A stretch of DNA of 64,000 nt from Bacillota bacterium (GTDB lineage: Bacteria > Bacillota > Clostridia > Acetivibrionales > DTU013). The notes below the pieces were generated by a model. It was not told the origin of the DNA and searched no databases. It saw nothing but the letters and a program-made list of their open reading frames with translations. The DNA is taken from NCBI GenBank assembly GCA_023411645.1, contig JAEYON010000068.1, positions 44,599-108,598 on the forward strand. The letters are read 5' to 3'. Positions 42,858 through 53,729 of this stretch are shown piece by piece (position 1 is the stretch's first letter; each line of letters begins with the position of its first letter). A program made the translations under genes and the position numbers.

Positions 42858-43564
42858 GCTTGCTTGATACCCCGCTATGGGATGTCATTAAGGGCAGTTT
42901 CGCTTATGAGGTATGGGAAAGGGTCACTCCGGCGATTCTTGAAACACTTTATATGACAGGCGTAGCGTCATTAATAACATTGGTGTTCGGGCTCGCTCTC
43001 GGAATACTTATGACGGTGACCAACCCCCATGGACTAATACCTCTCAGAGTGTTTTATGCAGTATCGGGATGGTTTATCAATATCTTGCGCTCACTGCCGC
43101 AGATGGTGATGATAATTTTACTGATACCTGTAGCACGGTTCTTTTTTGGAAAAAGCTATGGAACGAACCCTTGTATGATAGCTATAGCCGCTTGTCTGAT
43201 TCCGATGTATGCGCGTATTGTCGAAAGCAGCATACTTGAAATCTCAAAGGGCAAGATCGATGCCGCAAAGTCAATGGGAAGCACGTATACTCAGATTATA
43301 TTTCGGATTCTGTTACCGGAAACACTTCCATCGCTCATCCGAGGCTTTACGGTAACGGTTATCGCCGTCTTGTCAATGACCGCACTAGCTGGAATGTTCG
43401 GCGCGGGAGGTGTCGGAGACATAGCGGTCAGGTTCGGTTATCAGCGGTTTCAGCATGATGTGCTGTTTGCAGCAGTTTACGTTTTAATTGCACTGGTGCA
43501 GATTATCCAGTTTCTTGGGGATTTCTTATCAAAGAGAATCCTCCGGAAACGAAATCTGATTTAA
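42854..43564 (+). CDS. metI: Methionine-type ABC transporter permease
   Basis: 236 aa, about 5 TM segments, MetI-like EAA region (KIDAAKSMGSTYTQIIFRILLPE). Overlaps the metN stop by 4 nt. Confidence 0.85.
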   Translation: MSLLDTPLWDVIKGSFAYEVWERVTPAILETLYMTGVASLITLVFGLALGILMTVTNPHGLIPLRVFYAVSGWFINILRSLPQMVMIILLIPVARFFFGKSYGTNPCMIAIAACLIPMYARIVESSILEISKGKIDAAKSMGSTYTQIIFRILLPETLPSLIRGFTVTVIAVLSMTALAGMFGAGGVGDIAVRFGYQRFQHDVLFAAVYVLIALVQIIQFLGDFLSKRILRKRNLI

Positions 43565-43598
43565 TAAAAAATTCAACACAAATAAAGGAGAATAAACC

Positions 43599-44462
43599 AT
43601 GAAAAAATTTCTTAATTTCTTACTCTCAGCAATACTTATACTGTCATTTGCAGCTTGCTCGAACAAGAACGTGCAAACGTCAGGTGAAGCGGTCGAAATT
43701 ATTGGTATCGCCGACCTTGTGCCCCATTCGGAACTCATTAAACATGTCACTCCCAAGCTTCTTGAGCAAGGAGTAAAAGTAACCCTAGCAACAACGGCTG
43801 CGGACAATACAACCAATGAAAAGACAAATGCAGGTGAAATAGACTTTAACTTTTTTCAACACAATCCTTATCTTCAGTCAGAGAATGAAGCAAACGGGTT
43901 TAAGCTCTCAAATGCTGGAGATATTCATGTTGAGCCGATTACAGCATATTCTGACAAGTATAAGGATGTGTCTGAAATTAAGGATGGCGATACGGTCGCG
44001 ATTCCGAATGACGGTACGAACGAGTATCGGGCGCTGCGTATCCTTGAGCAGAATGGTTTCATTAAGCTGAATACTGAAACTGCAAACAGCTTGTCGGCTT
44101 CCATAGCTGATATTGTTGAAAATATTAAAAATCTCGAAATTGTTGAGATTGACAGTGCGCAGATTATCCCTACCAAAGACGACTACGATTTCTTCATCAC
44201 AAACACTAACAAGGTATTAGAGGCGAAAATCACTTCGACGAGGCTGTTCAGTGAGGGCGGAGACAGTCCTTATGCAAACATAATAGCTGTGAACTGGAAC
44301 AACCTCTCTACTGAAAAGACGGAGGCGGTTAAGAAACTTGTTGCGGCGCTCCAGTCCGACGATACACGAAAATTTATCGAGGAAAAGTACAACGGTGCGG
44401 TTATACCGGCGAAACTTCAAAATAATCCTGGTGATGCGTCCGCAAAACCTACTGCCGAATAG
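43599..44462 (+). CDS. metQ: MetQ/NlpA-family substrate-binding lipoprotein
   Basis: 287 aa. Lipoprotein signal MKKFLNFLLSAILILSFAAC. NlpA-family core (FNFFQHNPYL, VAIPNDGTNEYRALRILEQNGFIKL). Confidence 0.85.
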   Translation: MKKFLNFLLSAILILSFAACSNKNVQTSGEAVEIIGIADLVPHSELIKHVTPKLLEQGVKVTLATTAADNTTNEKTNAGEIDFNFFQHNPYLQSENEANGFKLSNAGDIHVEPITAYSDKYKDVSEIKDGDTVAIPNDGTNEYRALRILEQNGFIKLNTETANSLSASIADIVENIKNLEIVEIDSAQIIPTKDDYDFFITNTNKVLEAKITSTRLFSEGGDSPYANIIAVNWNNLSTEKTEAVKKLVAALQSDDTRKFIEEKYNGAVIPAKLQNNPGDASAKPTAE

Positions 44463-45335
<873 letters not shown>

Positions 45336-45356
45336 GAAAAATGGCGGATATGATTT

Positions 45357-45392
45357 ACCCCGCGAAGTCACATAACTGTGATTTTGCGGGGT
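45357..45392 (+). terminator. Terminator-like hairpin ending the nitrogenase-like operon
   Basis: ACCCCGC (45357-45363) pairs with GCGGGGT (45386-45392), with inner TCACA/TGTGA pairing. The trailing TATTTATA is a weak U-tract. Confidence 0.55.
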
Positions 45393-45558
45393 TATTTATA
45401 TTAGGGACATATCTGTGTAGCCTGACACTCAAAACAAAACACACTGTGTGAATTTTCTGAATTACAGTATTCTTTTTCCTGAAAATATGGTAGCATATTA
45501 TAAGTCAGTTTCTTAGGACGGTAATGCCAGAAAATGACAAATTTGCCTTATATCCTTT

Positions 45559-46176
45559 GTGAATAAGAGCGGGAGGTCGATTGTATTGGAAAGGACAATT
45601 AGTAAGAAAAAGTTTGGCACGAGACAAATTGCTGTGATCGGTATGTTATCCTCCATATCGATTGTGCTTGGAGCCACAGGATTCGGTTTCATCCCATTAC
45701 CCATGGCAAAGGCGACGATTATGCAGATTCCTGTAATTATCGGAGCTATACTGGAAGGCCCCATTGTAGGCGCGACCGTTGGATTGATTTTTGGTATCTT
45801 CAGCATCGTTCAGAACCTGACAAATCCTACGTCGGCGTTGTCATTTGCATTCATCAACCCTTTGGTATCAGTGCTGCCGCGAGTTCTAATCGGTATTACT
45901 ACCTATTACAGTTACAAGAATCGCATTGTAAAAAACGATATCGTCAATACAGGCATTGGTGCTGCTGTAGGTTCGCTGACTAATACGGTAGGGGTTTTGG
46001 GAATGATATATGTTATATATGCGGCGCAGTATGCCGAAAAATTCGGTATCGAGGCCAATGCTGCAGCGGGGGCAATTTTTACGATTGCGTTGACGAACGG
46101 TATTCCGGAAGCGGTTGTCGCAGTGGTGATTACTATACCGATAGTGCTGGCCGTCAGGAAAATTATAAAGAAATAA
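45559..46176 (+). CDS. ECF-transporter S component (substrate unknown)
   Basis: About 196-205 aa. IAVIGMLSSISIVLGATGFGFIPLPMAKATIMQIPVIIGAILEGPIVGATVG is a typical S-component pattern. The likely start is TTG 45586 (SD GGGAGG 9 nt upstream). Confidence 0.7.
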   Translation: MNKSGRSIVLERTISKKKFGTRQIAVIGMLSSISIVLGATGFGFIPLPMAKATIMQIPVIIGAILEGPIVGATVGLIFGIFSIVQNLTNPTSALSFAFINPLVSVLPRVLIGITTYYSYKNRIVKNDIVNTGIGAAVGSLTNTVGVLGMIYVIYAAQYAEKFGIEANAAAGAIFTIALTNGIPEAVVAVVITIPIVLAVRKIIKK

Positions 46177-46188
46177 AGGAGCTAAGAA

Positions 46189-46680
46189 ATGGGACTCTAC
46201 GAGCAATGGAAAGAAATGGTGCAAGCTCAGCAAGGGCAGGCGGAATACAATGCCTTTTGGAATGAGTATCTGGAGAAGGAGAAATCAAATTACCAATATA
46301 TATTGGGAAACAAGCTTAGCAAGCTGGAGGGCAGGCTTGGAGATCTGGCAAAGACGTTTTCCATGGAGCCGGTGGTTTTCACCGGCTTCCTGGATGGGAT
46401 TAATACCAGTATAACAAGCGAACTGGATCTTGATACGTTAAATGAAGACACAGTGCTGTCATCTGAAATCGATTTTGAGAAGCTTTACTGGAACATGCAC
46501 GAAGCAAAGGCAGACTGGCTCTACAATCTGAAAGAGTGGGACGGTATTCTTTCAGGAGATAAAAGGGACGAGATTACAAAGGCGTTCAGGTTATCGAAGA
46601 TGGCTGTCAGCAGCAAGGTTGGCAGAAATGACCCGTGTCCATGCGGCAGCGGCAAAAAATACAAGAAATGCTGCGGGTAA
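46189..46680 (+). CDS. SEC-C motif domain protein
   Basis: 163 aa ending [19 protein letters not shown]. Confidence 0.7.
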   Translation: MGLYEQWKEMVQAQQGQAEYNAFWNEYLEKEKSNYQYILGNKLSKLEGRLGDLAKTFSMEPVVFTGFLDGINTSITSELDLDTLNEDTVLSSEIDFEKLYWNMHEAKADWLYNLKEWDGILSGDKRDEITKAFRLSKMAVSSKVGRNDPCPCGSGKKYKKCCG

Positions 46681-46719
46681 GGTTTGGCTATAGACGTTTA
46701 TGAGAAGGAGATAGTGTTT

Positions 46720-47937
46720 ATGACGGAGAGAATTAAAATGGCCGTGCCCATTGTTGAAATGGATGGCGATGAAATGACCAGGATCATCTGGAAGCTTATC
46801 AAAGATATCCTGCTTGATCCATATATAGAGCTAAATACGGAGTACTACGATCTCGGACTCAAACACAGAGATGAGACCGATGATAAGGTGACGCTGGATG
46901 CGGCGTATGCAACTAAGAAATATGGTGTAGCAGTGAAATGTGCCACCATTACGCCCAATGCTCAGAGAGTAGAAGAGTATGGATTGAAAAAGATGTGGAA
47001 GAGCCCGAATGGCACTATCAGGGCAATACTTGACGGGACGGTCTTCAGGGCGCCGATCGTTGTAGAGAGCATCGAACCTTCGGTGCGTACGTGGAAGAAG
47101 CCAATTACCATCGCAAGACATGCATACGGCGATATCTACAGAAATGTGGAGTACCGTGTGGAGGGTCCGGGCAAGGCGCAGCTCATATTTACGGGAGAGG
47201 ACGGGAAACAGAACAGCGAGACAATATTCGAATTTGATGGCCCCGGCATCATTATGGGAATGCACAATGTCGACGCATCTATTCAGAGCTTTGCCAGAGC
47301 GTGCTTCAATTACGCGCTGGATGTGAAGCAGGATCTGTGGTTTGCCACAAAGGATACAATCTCCAAAAAATATGATCATACCTTTAAGGATATTTTCCAG
47401 GAAATCTTTGATTCTGAATACGAAGAGCAATTCAAGCAGGCAGGAATCGAGTACTTTTATACGCTCATAGATGATGCGGTGGCCAGGGTAATACGCTCTG
47501 AAGGCGGTATGGTCTGGGCTTGTAAGAATTATGACGGGGATGTGATGTCGGATATGGTCGCTACTGCCTTTGGAAGTCTGGCTATGATGACCTCCGTGCT
47601 GGTATCGCCGGAAGGCTTCTATGAGTATGAGGCTGCACACGGAACCGTTACGAGACATTATTATCGATATCTGAAGGGTGAGGATACTTCTACCAATTCC
47701 ATGGCCACACTTTTCGCCTGGACAGGAGCACTCAGGAAAAGGGGCGAGATTGACGGCAACTCCGCACTGGTTGACTTTGCGGATAAACTGGAGGCAGCTT
47801 CTCTCAGAACCATTGATGAGGGAGTCATGACGAAGGACCTGTCAACACTCTCGAACGCACAGAATATAAAAGTCGTAAATACGGAAGGCTTTCTCAACGA
47901 AATCCGCAAGCGCCTGGATGCTATGCTCAGTGAGTAA
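46720..47937 (+). CDS. icd: NADP-dependent isocitrate dehydrogenase (IDH1-like ~400-aa subtype)
   Basis: [24 protein letters not shown]...KCATITPN...[30 protein letters not shown] lies before ATG 46720; the ORF track starts at TTG 46684. Confidence 0.9.
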   Translation: MTERIKMAVPIVEMDGDEMTRIIWKLIKDILLDPYIELNTEYYDLGLKHRDETDDKVTLDAAYATKKYGVAVKCATITPNAQRVEEYGLKKMWKSPNGTIRAILDGTVFRAPIVVESIEPSVRTWKKPITIARHAYGDIYRNVEYRVEGPGKAQLIFTGEDGKQNSETIFEFDGPGIIMGMHNVDASIQSFARACFNYALDVKQDLWFATKDTISKKYDHTFKDIFQEIFDSEYEEQFKQAGIEYFYTLIDDAVARVIRSEGGMVWACKNYDGDVMSDMVATAFGSLAMMTSVLVSPEGFYEYEAAHGTVTRHYYRYLKGEDTSTNSMATLFAWTGALRKRGEIDGNSALVDFADKLEAASLRTIDEGVMTKDLSTLSNAQNIKVVNTEGFLNEIRKRLDAMLSE

Positions 47938-47956
47938 GATTAGGAGTTGATTATCC

Positions 47957-49207
47957 GTGCTGCAGATGGCAGGTGTTATAGCCGCAGAAATGCTGGCTTC
48001 ATTATTTGTAAATTACTTCTTCGTCTTTTTGTATATTCTGGTCATTGTGTACATACGTGCTGCGCACCAGAGATACTCCGAGCTTCAGAGCACTATCTAT
48101 GGAAAGCCGGAGAGGAGCCTTCGAGAGATCACCGAGCAGATCATTCTCATTGGGTTGATCGCCGGCTTTATTTCAAGCTTTTTTACTGTTGCTGCAGGGG
48201 TTACCATCGAAACCGAGACGGTCCGGTATTTGTTTTTAATAATGTGTTTGCTTCTGCTTTTTGATCTTAGGCTCGTATGTATCTCATATGCGGCAGGGAT
48301 TTTGGCTTCTGCAAGCTTGATTTTTGGGTCGCCGAAAGTCAATATATCGTCCCTTCTTTGTCTTGTGGCGGTTTTGCAGCTTGTGGAAAGCATCCTGGTC
48401 TATTTGAACAGGAAAGGTGCATGTGTGCCCATATTTATAAAGCATAATGGCGAGATAGCGGGAGCCTTTCTGATCAGAAGATTCTGGATGATACCTGTGG
48501 TTTTTTTCACGCATCTAATGCAGCCTGGAGTGAATTCGCTGAATCTTATTCAGGAATGGCCGATGAATTTCTATTCCCCGGCTCTGGAATCCGGAGTATG
48601 GGCGCTGGGCCTGGATTGTCTCGTGGCTGTATTATGCCATACGGACATTGCCATCACAAGGCATCCGGAGAAAAAATCAGCCCAAAGCGCCGGAATGCTG
48701 TTTGTCTATAGTACTGCTTTATTGTTGATGGCGTTTCTCTCTCTGGATGTTGCTTGGATCGGGTATATTGGGGTAATATTCTGTGTGCTGGGACATGAAG
48801 GGATCTATTTTTATTCAAAACTCTCTGAAAGAGCCGGAAGGCCCCTTTTCAGTGCCGTGAAACGTGGCTTGAGGGTCATGGAGGTGCTTGCGGACAGCCA
48901 TGCAGCTAAAATGGGGTTGGAGCGCGGAGATATAATATTGAGTATAAACAATAATGATATTCAGACAGATGAAGGTGTCGGTGAAGCGTTGAGAGAGTTT
49001 CCAACTTATACATGGATCCATGTCCTCAGTTGGGATGGTAAGGAAAAGACTGTAGAATATAAATGTTTTCCGGGCGGATATAATAAACTTGGCATAATTT
49101 CTGTTCCGAGGGAAAAAGAAGTTACTTACAAAACCGAATACTTTGAGCGTATGAGCATTCTTCAGAATATTGTCAACCGGTTCAGAGGAATGGATAGAAT
49201 GACCTAA
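47957..49207 (+). CDS. Polytopic membrane protein with C-terminal PDZ domain
   Basis: 416 aa. Multiple hydrophobic segments followed by GLRVMEVLADSHAAKMGLERGDIILSINNNDI (PDZ-like). I found no HExxH motif. Confidence 0.6.
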   Translation: MLQMAGVIAAEMLASLFVNYFFVFLYILVIVYIRAAHQRYSELQSTIYGKPERSLREITEQIILIGLIAGFISSFFTVAAGVTIETETVRYLFLIMCLLLLFDLRLVCISYAAGILASASLIFGSPKVNISSLLCLVAVLQLVESILVYLNRKGACVPIFIKHNGEIAGAFLIRRFWMIPVVFFTHLMQPGVNSLNLIQEWPMNFYSPALESGVWALGLDCLVAVLCHTDIAITRHPEKKSAQSAGMLFVYSTALLLMAFLSLDVAWIGYIGVIFCVLGHEGIYFYSKLSERAGRPLFSAVKRGLRVMEVLADSHAAKMGLERGDIILSINNNDIQTDEGVGEALREFPTYTWIHVLSWDGKEKTVEYKCFPGGYNKLGIISVPREKEVTYKTEYFERMSILQNIVNRFRGMDRMT

Positions 49208-49260
49208 ACAACTTAAACGATAAAGATTTGATTTTAATGCTGGGAGAAGAGGTGTGTGAA

Positions 49261-51189
49261 ATGGATAGGGCAGCTGCTGACAGTCATTATTTGATTGCTC
49301 GAAGGCTTGGGCAAAAAGAATATTCCAGAAATATTTCAAGGGGACAGAACGGGTATCTGCCTTTTCTGGAGGGTATTCTGAAAAATATTGAAATAGTATA
49401 TGAGTTGGATTTGGGTTTAATTGATATTCCACTAAAAAAAATAGTGGGTACCTATACCTATGGCAGAAGTAGATCCTTTGCCGGTAACTACATGCCGCTG
49501 CTTTCGCCGAAAGCCGAATTTGCGCTCAAATGGTCTACGCTTTGCGAAGCTCATATCAATGAGGGAATACGCGATCCAATCAAGGTATATGAATATATGA
49601 ATTGGTTTTATGTTGTAGAGGGCAACAAGAGAGTTAGTGTCCTCAAATATTATGATGCGTACTCCATCCCCGGAAGGGTCGCAAGACTGGTTCCAAAGAG
49701 GGATGAAAGCGATGATGCCATTACAATATATTATGAGTTCCTTGACTTCTACAAAAAAACCGGTATTAATCTGATTTGGTTTACAAAGAGGAATTCCTTT
49801 AGCATACTGGCAGGGTATCTGGACAACTTCGTTCCTGACAAAAATCTGATGAATATTAGTAAGTACAAGTATTTCGCCAATTCTGTCTATCTGCCATTCA
49901 GAAAGGTTTACCTGGATCTTGGTGGACAAAAGCTGCCTATCACGACAGGAGATGCGTTTCTGGAATATATTACGGTTTACGGTATGCCGGACGGAATTGA
50001 TGATGAAGAATTGAGATCACGGCTGAATGCATTTATCATAGAACTGGAGCAAATGAGCGGCAACAAAGCAGTTGACATCCAGACGATGCCTATCGACACA
50101 GGTGAAAATCTCATTTCTGCCGTCACTGCTTTTGTCAGACCGAAGAAGCCGCTCAAAGTGGCCTTTGTATATGCGAAGGACACCAACACCTCCAGTTGGA
50201 CCTATGCGCAAGAAATGGGCAGAAGTCATGTGAATAAGGTGTTTGGCGAGGCAATCAACACATCCTTTGTGGATAATGTTCCGGAGACACTTGAGGCGTA
50301 TGATACGCTAAAACAACTTGCAGAGGATGAGAACGACGTTATTTTTGTCACAAGTCCGGCCTTAATCAACGCTACGTTGAAAGCGGCTCTGGAATTCCCG
50401 GGCACGAGGTTCCTTAATTGTTCCGAGACCCATTCCTTCAAGCATGTCAATACTTTTTATGGCAGGATCTACGAGCCCAGATTCCTTGCGGGCATTGCGG
50501 CAGGGTCTGTTACAAAGTCAAATGTACTGGGTTATGTGGGAACGTACCCAATTCCCGGCGTGATAAACGGCATCAATTCTTTTGCTCTTGGGGCAAGAAT
50601 GGTCAATCCTGATGTCACCGTTAAGGTAGAATGGCTAAATGGTTGGGATGATATGAAAAGAGCCGAACATGCCAGGGAGGAACTGATAAGCCAGGGAGCC
50701 GACATTATTTCACACCACGATACGCTCTCCAATCCCGAGGTTTCGGGGGAATATGGAGTATATACCGTGCTTAGCGGAGTAGGTGCCGATGGAAGCACTA
50801 ATGAATATATAGCTGCACCGGTTTGGAATTGGGGTATTTTTTACGAGAAAATGCTGCGAAATCTGATGAACTCCCGGAAGCCATCCGGTTCTGGGCAGAA
50901 GGTAATAAATTTCTGGTGGGGGATGGATTCGGGCATCGTTGATTTTTTCTACTCCAGACGGCTGGTTCCTGCAGAGACACAAAAGCTACTGGATTTTCTG
51001 AAAAATATGATCATCAATGGGATGTTCTCTCCGTTTGCAGGGCCAATTTATAGCCAGGATGGTACGCTAATGGTGAAAAAGGGCGAGATGGCAACGCGTG
51101 AACAGATTGTCGGAATGGACTGGTTTGTTAGTGTGATCGACAGTAAACTGCCTCAAATTGATCAGAACTTACAATCAATGATATGGTAA
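49261..51189 (+). CDS. Fusion protein: ParB/Srx-like N-terminal domain plus BMP/PnrA-type (PBP1) binding domain, no signal peptide
   Basis: N-terminus: GIRDPIKVYEYMNWFYVVEGNKRVSVLK. C-terminus: KVAFVYAKDTNTSSW...IFVTSP...VLGYVGTYPIPGVINGINSFALGAR...GADIISHH. SD GAAGAGGTG lies before ATG 49261. Confidence 0.6.
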   Translation: MDRAAADSHYLIARRLGQKEYSRNISRGQNGYLPFLEGILKNIEIVYELDLGLIDIPLKKIVGTYTYGRSRSFAGNYMPLLSPKAEFALKWSTLCEAHINEGIRDPIKVYEYMNWFYVVEGNKRVSVLKYYDAYSIPGRVARLVPKRDESDDAITIYYEFLDFYKKTGINLIWFTKRNSFSILAGYLDNFVPDKNLMNISKYKYFANSVYLPFRKVYLDLGGQKLPITTGDAFLEYITVYGMPDGIDDEELRSRLNAFIIELEQMSGNKAVDIQTMPIDTGENLISAVTAFVRPKKPLKVAFVYAKDTNTSSWTYAQEMGRSHVNKVFGEAINTSFVDNVPETLEAYDTLKQLAEDENDVIFVTSPALINATLKAALEFPGTRFLNCSETHSFKHVNTFYGRIYEPRFLAGIAAGSVTKSNVLGYVGTYPIPGVINGINSFALGARMVNPDVTVKVEWLNGWDDMKRAEHAREELISQGADIISHHDTLSNPEVSGEYGVYTVLSGVGADGSTNEYIAAPVWNWGIFYEKMLRNLMNSRKPSGSGQKVINFWWGMDSGIVDFFYSRRLVPAETQKLLDFLKNMIINGMFSPFAGPIYSQDGTLMVKKGEMATREQIVGMDWFVSVIDSKLPQIDQNLQSMIW

Positions 51190-51755
51190 CCGTAAGCATT
51201 AACAATAGTAGTGTCCTTGTACTGCATCGTTCTGGACTGGCGTTTATAATTCAGATGCTGATGACCATGAAAGAAATATCTGGGCGAATGATTGTCAATT
51301 AGGTCGACAAAGCTTTGAAAACCGCGATGAGCAAGATCATCACCATCGCCAAGACCCAGTGCTGGCGCGTGTGTAAGAAGAATGTCAAAACCTTTATTTT
51401 TTTTGATCTTATGCCGCAGCTTCCGGATTCTTTTAGACATCTCTTCCTCTGTATACTGGTAATGCTGGTTGCTGTAGTTTATAGAACCACCAAGACCGAG
51501 TATTCTGACACCGTTGTAGGTCAGTATTGTATCATCTGCGCTGACGCATCCTTCTGGAGGTCTGGTAAGATAAGTCTTATTATGGTTTCCAGGCACATAA
51601 AAGAGAGGCACGTGAATCATTGTCACCAAAAAAGAAAGGTATTCTGCTTTAAGGTCACCGCACGACAAAACAAGCTCTATATCCTTAAAGCGCTCCCGGT
51701 CAAAATAATCCCATATATATGACTCTTCGCGATCTGAAACCAATAATATCTTCAC
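51162..51755 (-). CDS. Calcineurin-like metallophosphoesterase
   Basis: 197 aa. MKILLVSDRE, SCGDL, VPGNHN, LTHAP and GHQH motifs. Confidence 0.8.
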   Translation of the reverse strand: MKILLVSDREESYIWDYFDRERFKDIELVLSCGDLKAEYLSFLVTMIHVPLFYVPGNHNKTYLTRPPEGCVSADDTILTYNGVRILGLGGSINYSNQHYQYTEEEMSKRIRKLRHKIKKNKGFDILLTHAPALGLGDGDDLAHRGFQSFVDLIDNHSPRYFFHGHQHLNYKRQSRTMQYKDTTIVNAYGYHIIDCKF

Positions 51756-51782
51756 AACTTGATATTATACTTAATTCTGCGT

Positions 51783-51811
51783 TTATAAACAATAAGATAA
51801 TGTGCTATAAT
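51783..51811 (+). promoter_or_regulatory. Extended -10 promoter of asnS
   Basis: TGCTATAAT (51803-51811) with TTATAA 17 nt upstream of the -10 hexamer. Confidence 0.45.
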
Positions 51812-51857
51812 GGAAAGAAAGATTGTGGCAATACTATAAATCGGGGAGGAATAGTGC

Positions 51858-53249
51858 GTGAAAGCAAGCATCAGACAACTATACAGAGGGGACGGCCAAT
51901 TCTATGGACAACAGATTGAACTGTCCGGCTGGGTCAGGACAATCAGAGATTCCAAGACCTTTGGCTTTATTGAATTGAATGACGGTTCCTTTTTCAAAAA
52001 TTTGCAAATCGTTTTCGAAGAAGGAGTTATAAATAATTTCAGAGAAATCGCAAAGCTGCCCCAAGGCTCTTCTGTAAGGGTGCAGGGTGAGCTGGTGGAG
52101 ACACCCGGAGCTAAACAACCCTTTGAACTAAAGGCTTCGGCTATTGATATTGAAGGGCTTTGCGCACCGGATTATCCTCTGCAGAAAAAGCGTCATTCCT
52201 TTGAGTTTCTGCGTACCATAGCGCATCTGAGGCCGAGGACCAATACATTTTCTGCAGTATTCAGGCTCAGGAGCGCTTTATCCTATGCAATACACAGCTT
52301 TTTTCGGGAGAGGGGCTTTGTTTATGTGCATACACCCATCATTACCGGAAGTGATTGTGAAGGAGCAGGGGAGATGTTCAGGGTGAGTACCTTTGATCCT
52401 GATCAAATTCCGAGGGATGAAAATGGTAATGTGAATTATAAAGAGGACTTTTTTGGAAAAGAAACCAGCCTTACGGTAAGCGGACAGCTTTCGGCAGAAG
52501 CCTATTGTATGGCCTTCGGAAAAGTCTATACCTTTGGACCGACGTTTCGTGCCGAAAACTCCAACACGGCAAGACATGCTGCAGAATTCTGGATGATAGA
52601 GCCTGAAATAGCATTTGCGGGGCTGCCGGAAGATATGGCTTTGGCCGAGGATATGATGAAGTATCTTATCAGCTATTGCCTTGAGCATGTACCCGAAGAG
52701 ATGGAGTTCTTCAACACATTTGTAGACAACACGCTTCTGGACAGACTCAATAATGTGCTTCATTCCGATTTTGCACATGTTACTTATTCGGAAGCGATCG
52801 AAATTCTGGAAAAGGAAAATGCCGGTTTCGATTATCCTGTTAAGTGGGGGAGCGACCTGCAGACCGAGCATGAAAGGTTTCTGACTGAAAAAACGTTTAA
52901 AAAACCGGTATTTGTCACAGATTATCCTAAGGAAATTAAAGCTTTTTACATGAGAGCGAATGATGACGGAAAGACCGTTGCAGCTATGGATCTGCTTGTG
53001 CCTGCAGTCGGGGAGATCATAGGCGGGAGCCAGAGAGAGGAACGTCTCGATCTGCTTGCAGCTCGTATGGAGGAGATGTGCCTTGATGAGAAGGATTACT
53101 GGTGGTACATGGACCTTAGGAAGTACGGCGGAGCAAAGCATGCGGGATTTGGACTCGGCTTTGAACGTGCCGTGATGTATCTGACCGGTATGGCCAATAT
53201 CAGGGATGTTATCCCATTTCCCAGGACAACAAAATCTGCGGAGTTTTGA
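51858..53249 (+). CDS. asnS: Asparagine--tRNA ligase
   Basis: 463 aa. [50 protein letters not shown] and [12 protein letters not shown]. Confidence 0.92.
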   Translation: MKASIRQLYRGDGQFYGQQIELSGWVRTIRDSKTFGFIELNDGSFFKNLQIVFEEGVINNFREIAKLPQGSSVRVQGELVETPGAKQPFELKASAIDIEGLCAPDYPLQKKRHSFEFLRTIAHLRPRTNTFSAVFRLRSALSYAIHSFFRERGFVYVHTPIITGSDCEGAGEMFRVSTFDPDQIPRDENGNVNYKEDFFGKETSLTVSGQLSAEAYCMAFGKVYTFGPTFRAENSNTARHAAEFWMIEPEIAFAGLPEDMALAEDMMKYLISYCLEHVPEEMEFFNTFVDNTLLDRLNNVLHSDFAHVTYSEAIEILEKENAGFDYPVKWGSDLQTEHERFLTEKTFKKPVFVTDYPKEIKAFYMRANDDGKTVAAMDLLVPAVGEIIGGSQREERLDLLAARMEEMCLDEKDYWWYMDLRKYGGAKHAGFGLGFERAVMYLTGMANIRDVIPFPRTTKSAEF

Positions 53250-53296
53250 TCAAAAATAATTAAATATTAAACAAATAGATAGTGAGGTCGTATATT

Positions 53297-53701
53297 ATGA
53301 ATGAAATAGTAAGAGAACAAACACGAGAGGACAAAATCAGAATTTCTGAGGAAGTTATTGCCACAATAGCAGGAATAGCAGCGTCAGAAAACGAAAATGT
53401 CGCATCAATGGGCGGCGGTTTCGTGGATGGCATTGTTGGAATGCTTGGCAAAAAGGCTCCCAGCAAAGGCATAAAAGTAGAAATGAAAGAGAATCAGGTC
53501 AATATCGATCTGGCTGTTGTCATGCAGTACGGCTGCAAGATTCATGAGGTTGCACGCGATATGCAGGACCGTGTGCGCAAGGCAGTTCAGGAAATGACCG
53601 GACTCGAGGTTTTGAATGTCAATGTCAGCGTTTTGGGCGTCAGCTTGAGTAAAGAAAACGGAAAAGTTGAGGTTATCGACGATCTTTCTGCTCAGGCATA
53701 A
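53297..53701 (+). CDS. Asp23/Gls24-family envelope-stress protein
   Basis: IRISEEVIATIAGIAASENENVASM...VNIDLAVVMQYGCKIHEVARDMQDRVRKAVQEMTGLEV. Confidence 0.8.
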   Translation: MNEIVREQTREDKIRISEEVIATIAGIAASENENVASMGGGFVDGIVGMLGKKAPSKGIKVEMKENQVNIDLAVVMQYGCKIHEVARDMQDRVRKAVQEMTGLEVLNVNVSVLGVSLSKENGKVEVIDDLSAQA

Positions 53702-53729
53702 CCTCTGGAAATCAGATGGGCCGGGTAGG

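Noticed and set aside
46831-47658. 275-aa minus ORF, and likewise 52278..53141 (287 aa), 49432..49929, 54855..55421 and 32342..32878
   Set aside because: They are antisense to icd, asnS, the ParB-BMP fusion, pspC and the glucan synthase respectively. They have no translation signals or recognisable motifs.
47947-48264. 105-aa plus-strand ORF overlapping the start of the PDZ membrane protein
   Set aside because: It is an alternative frame of the same region. The 416-aa frame gives coherent TM segments and a PDZ domain.
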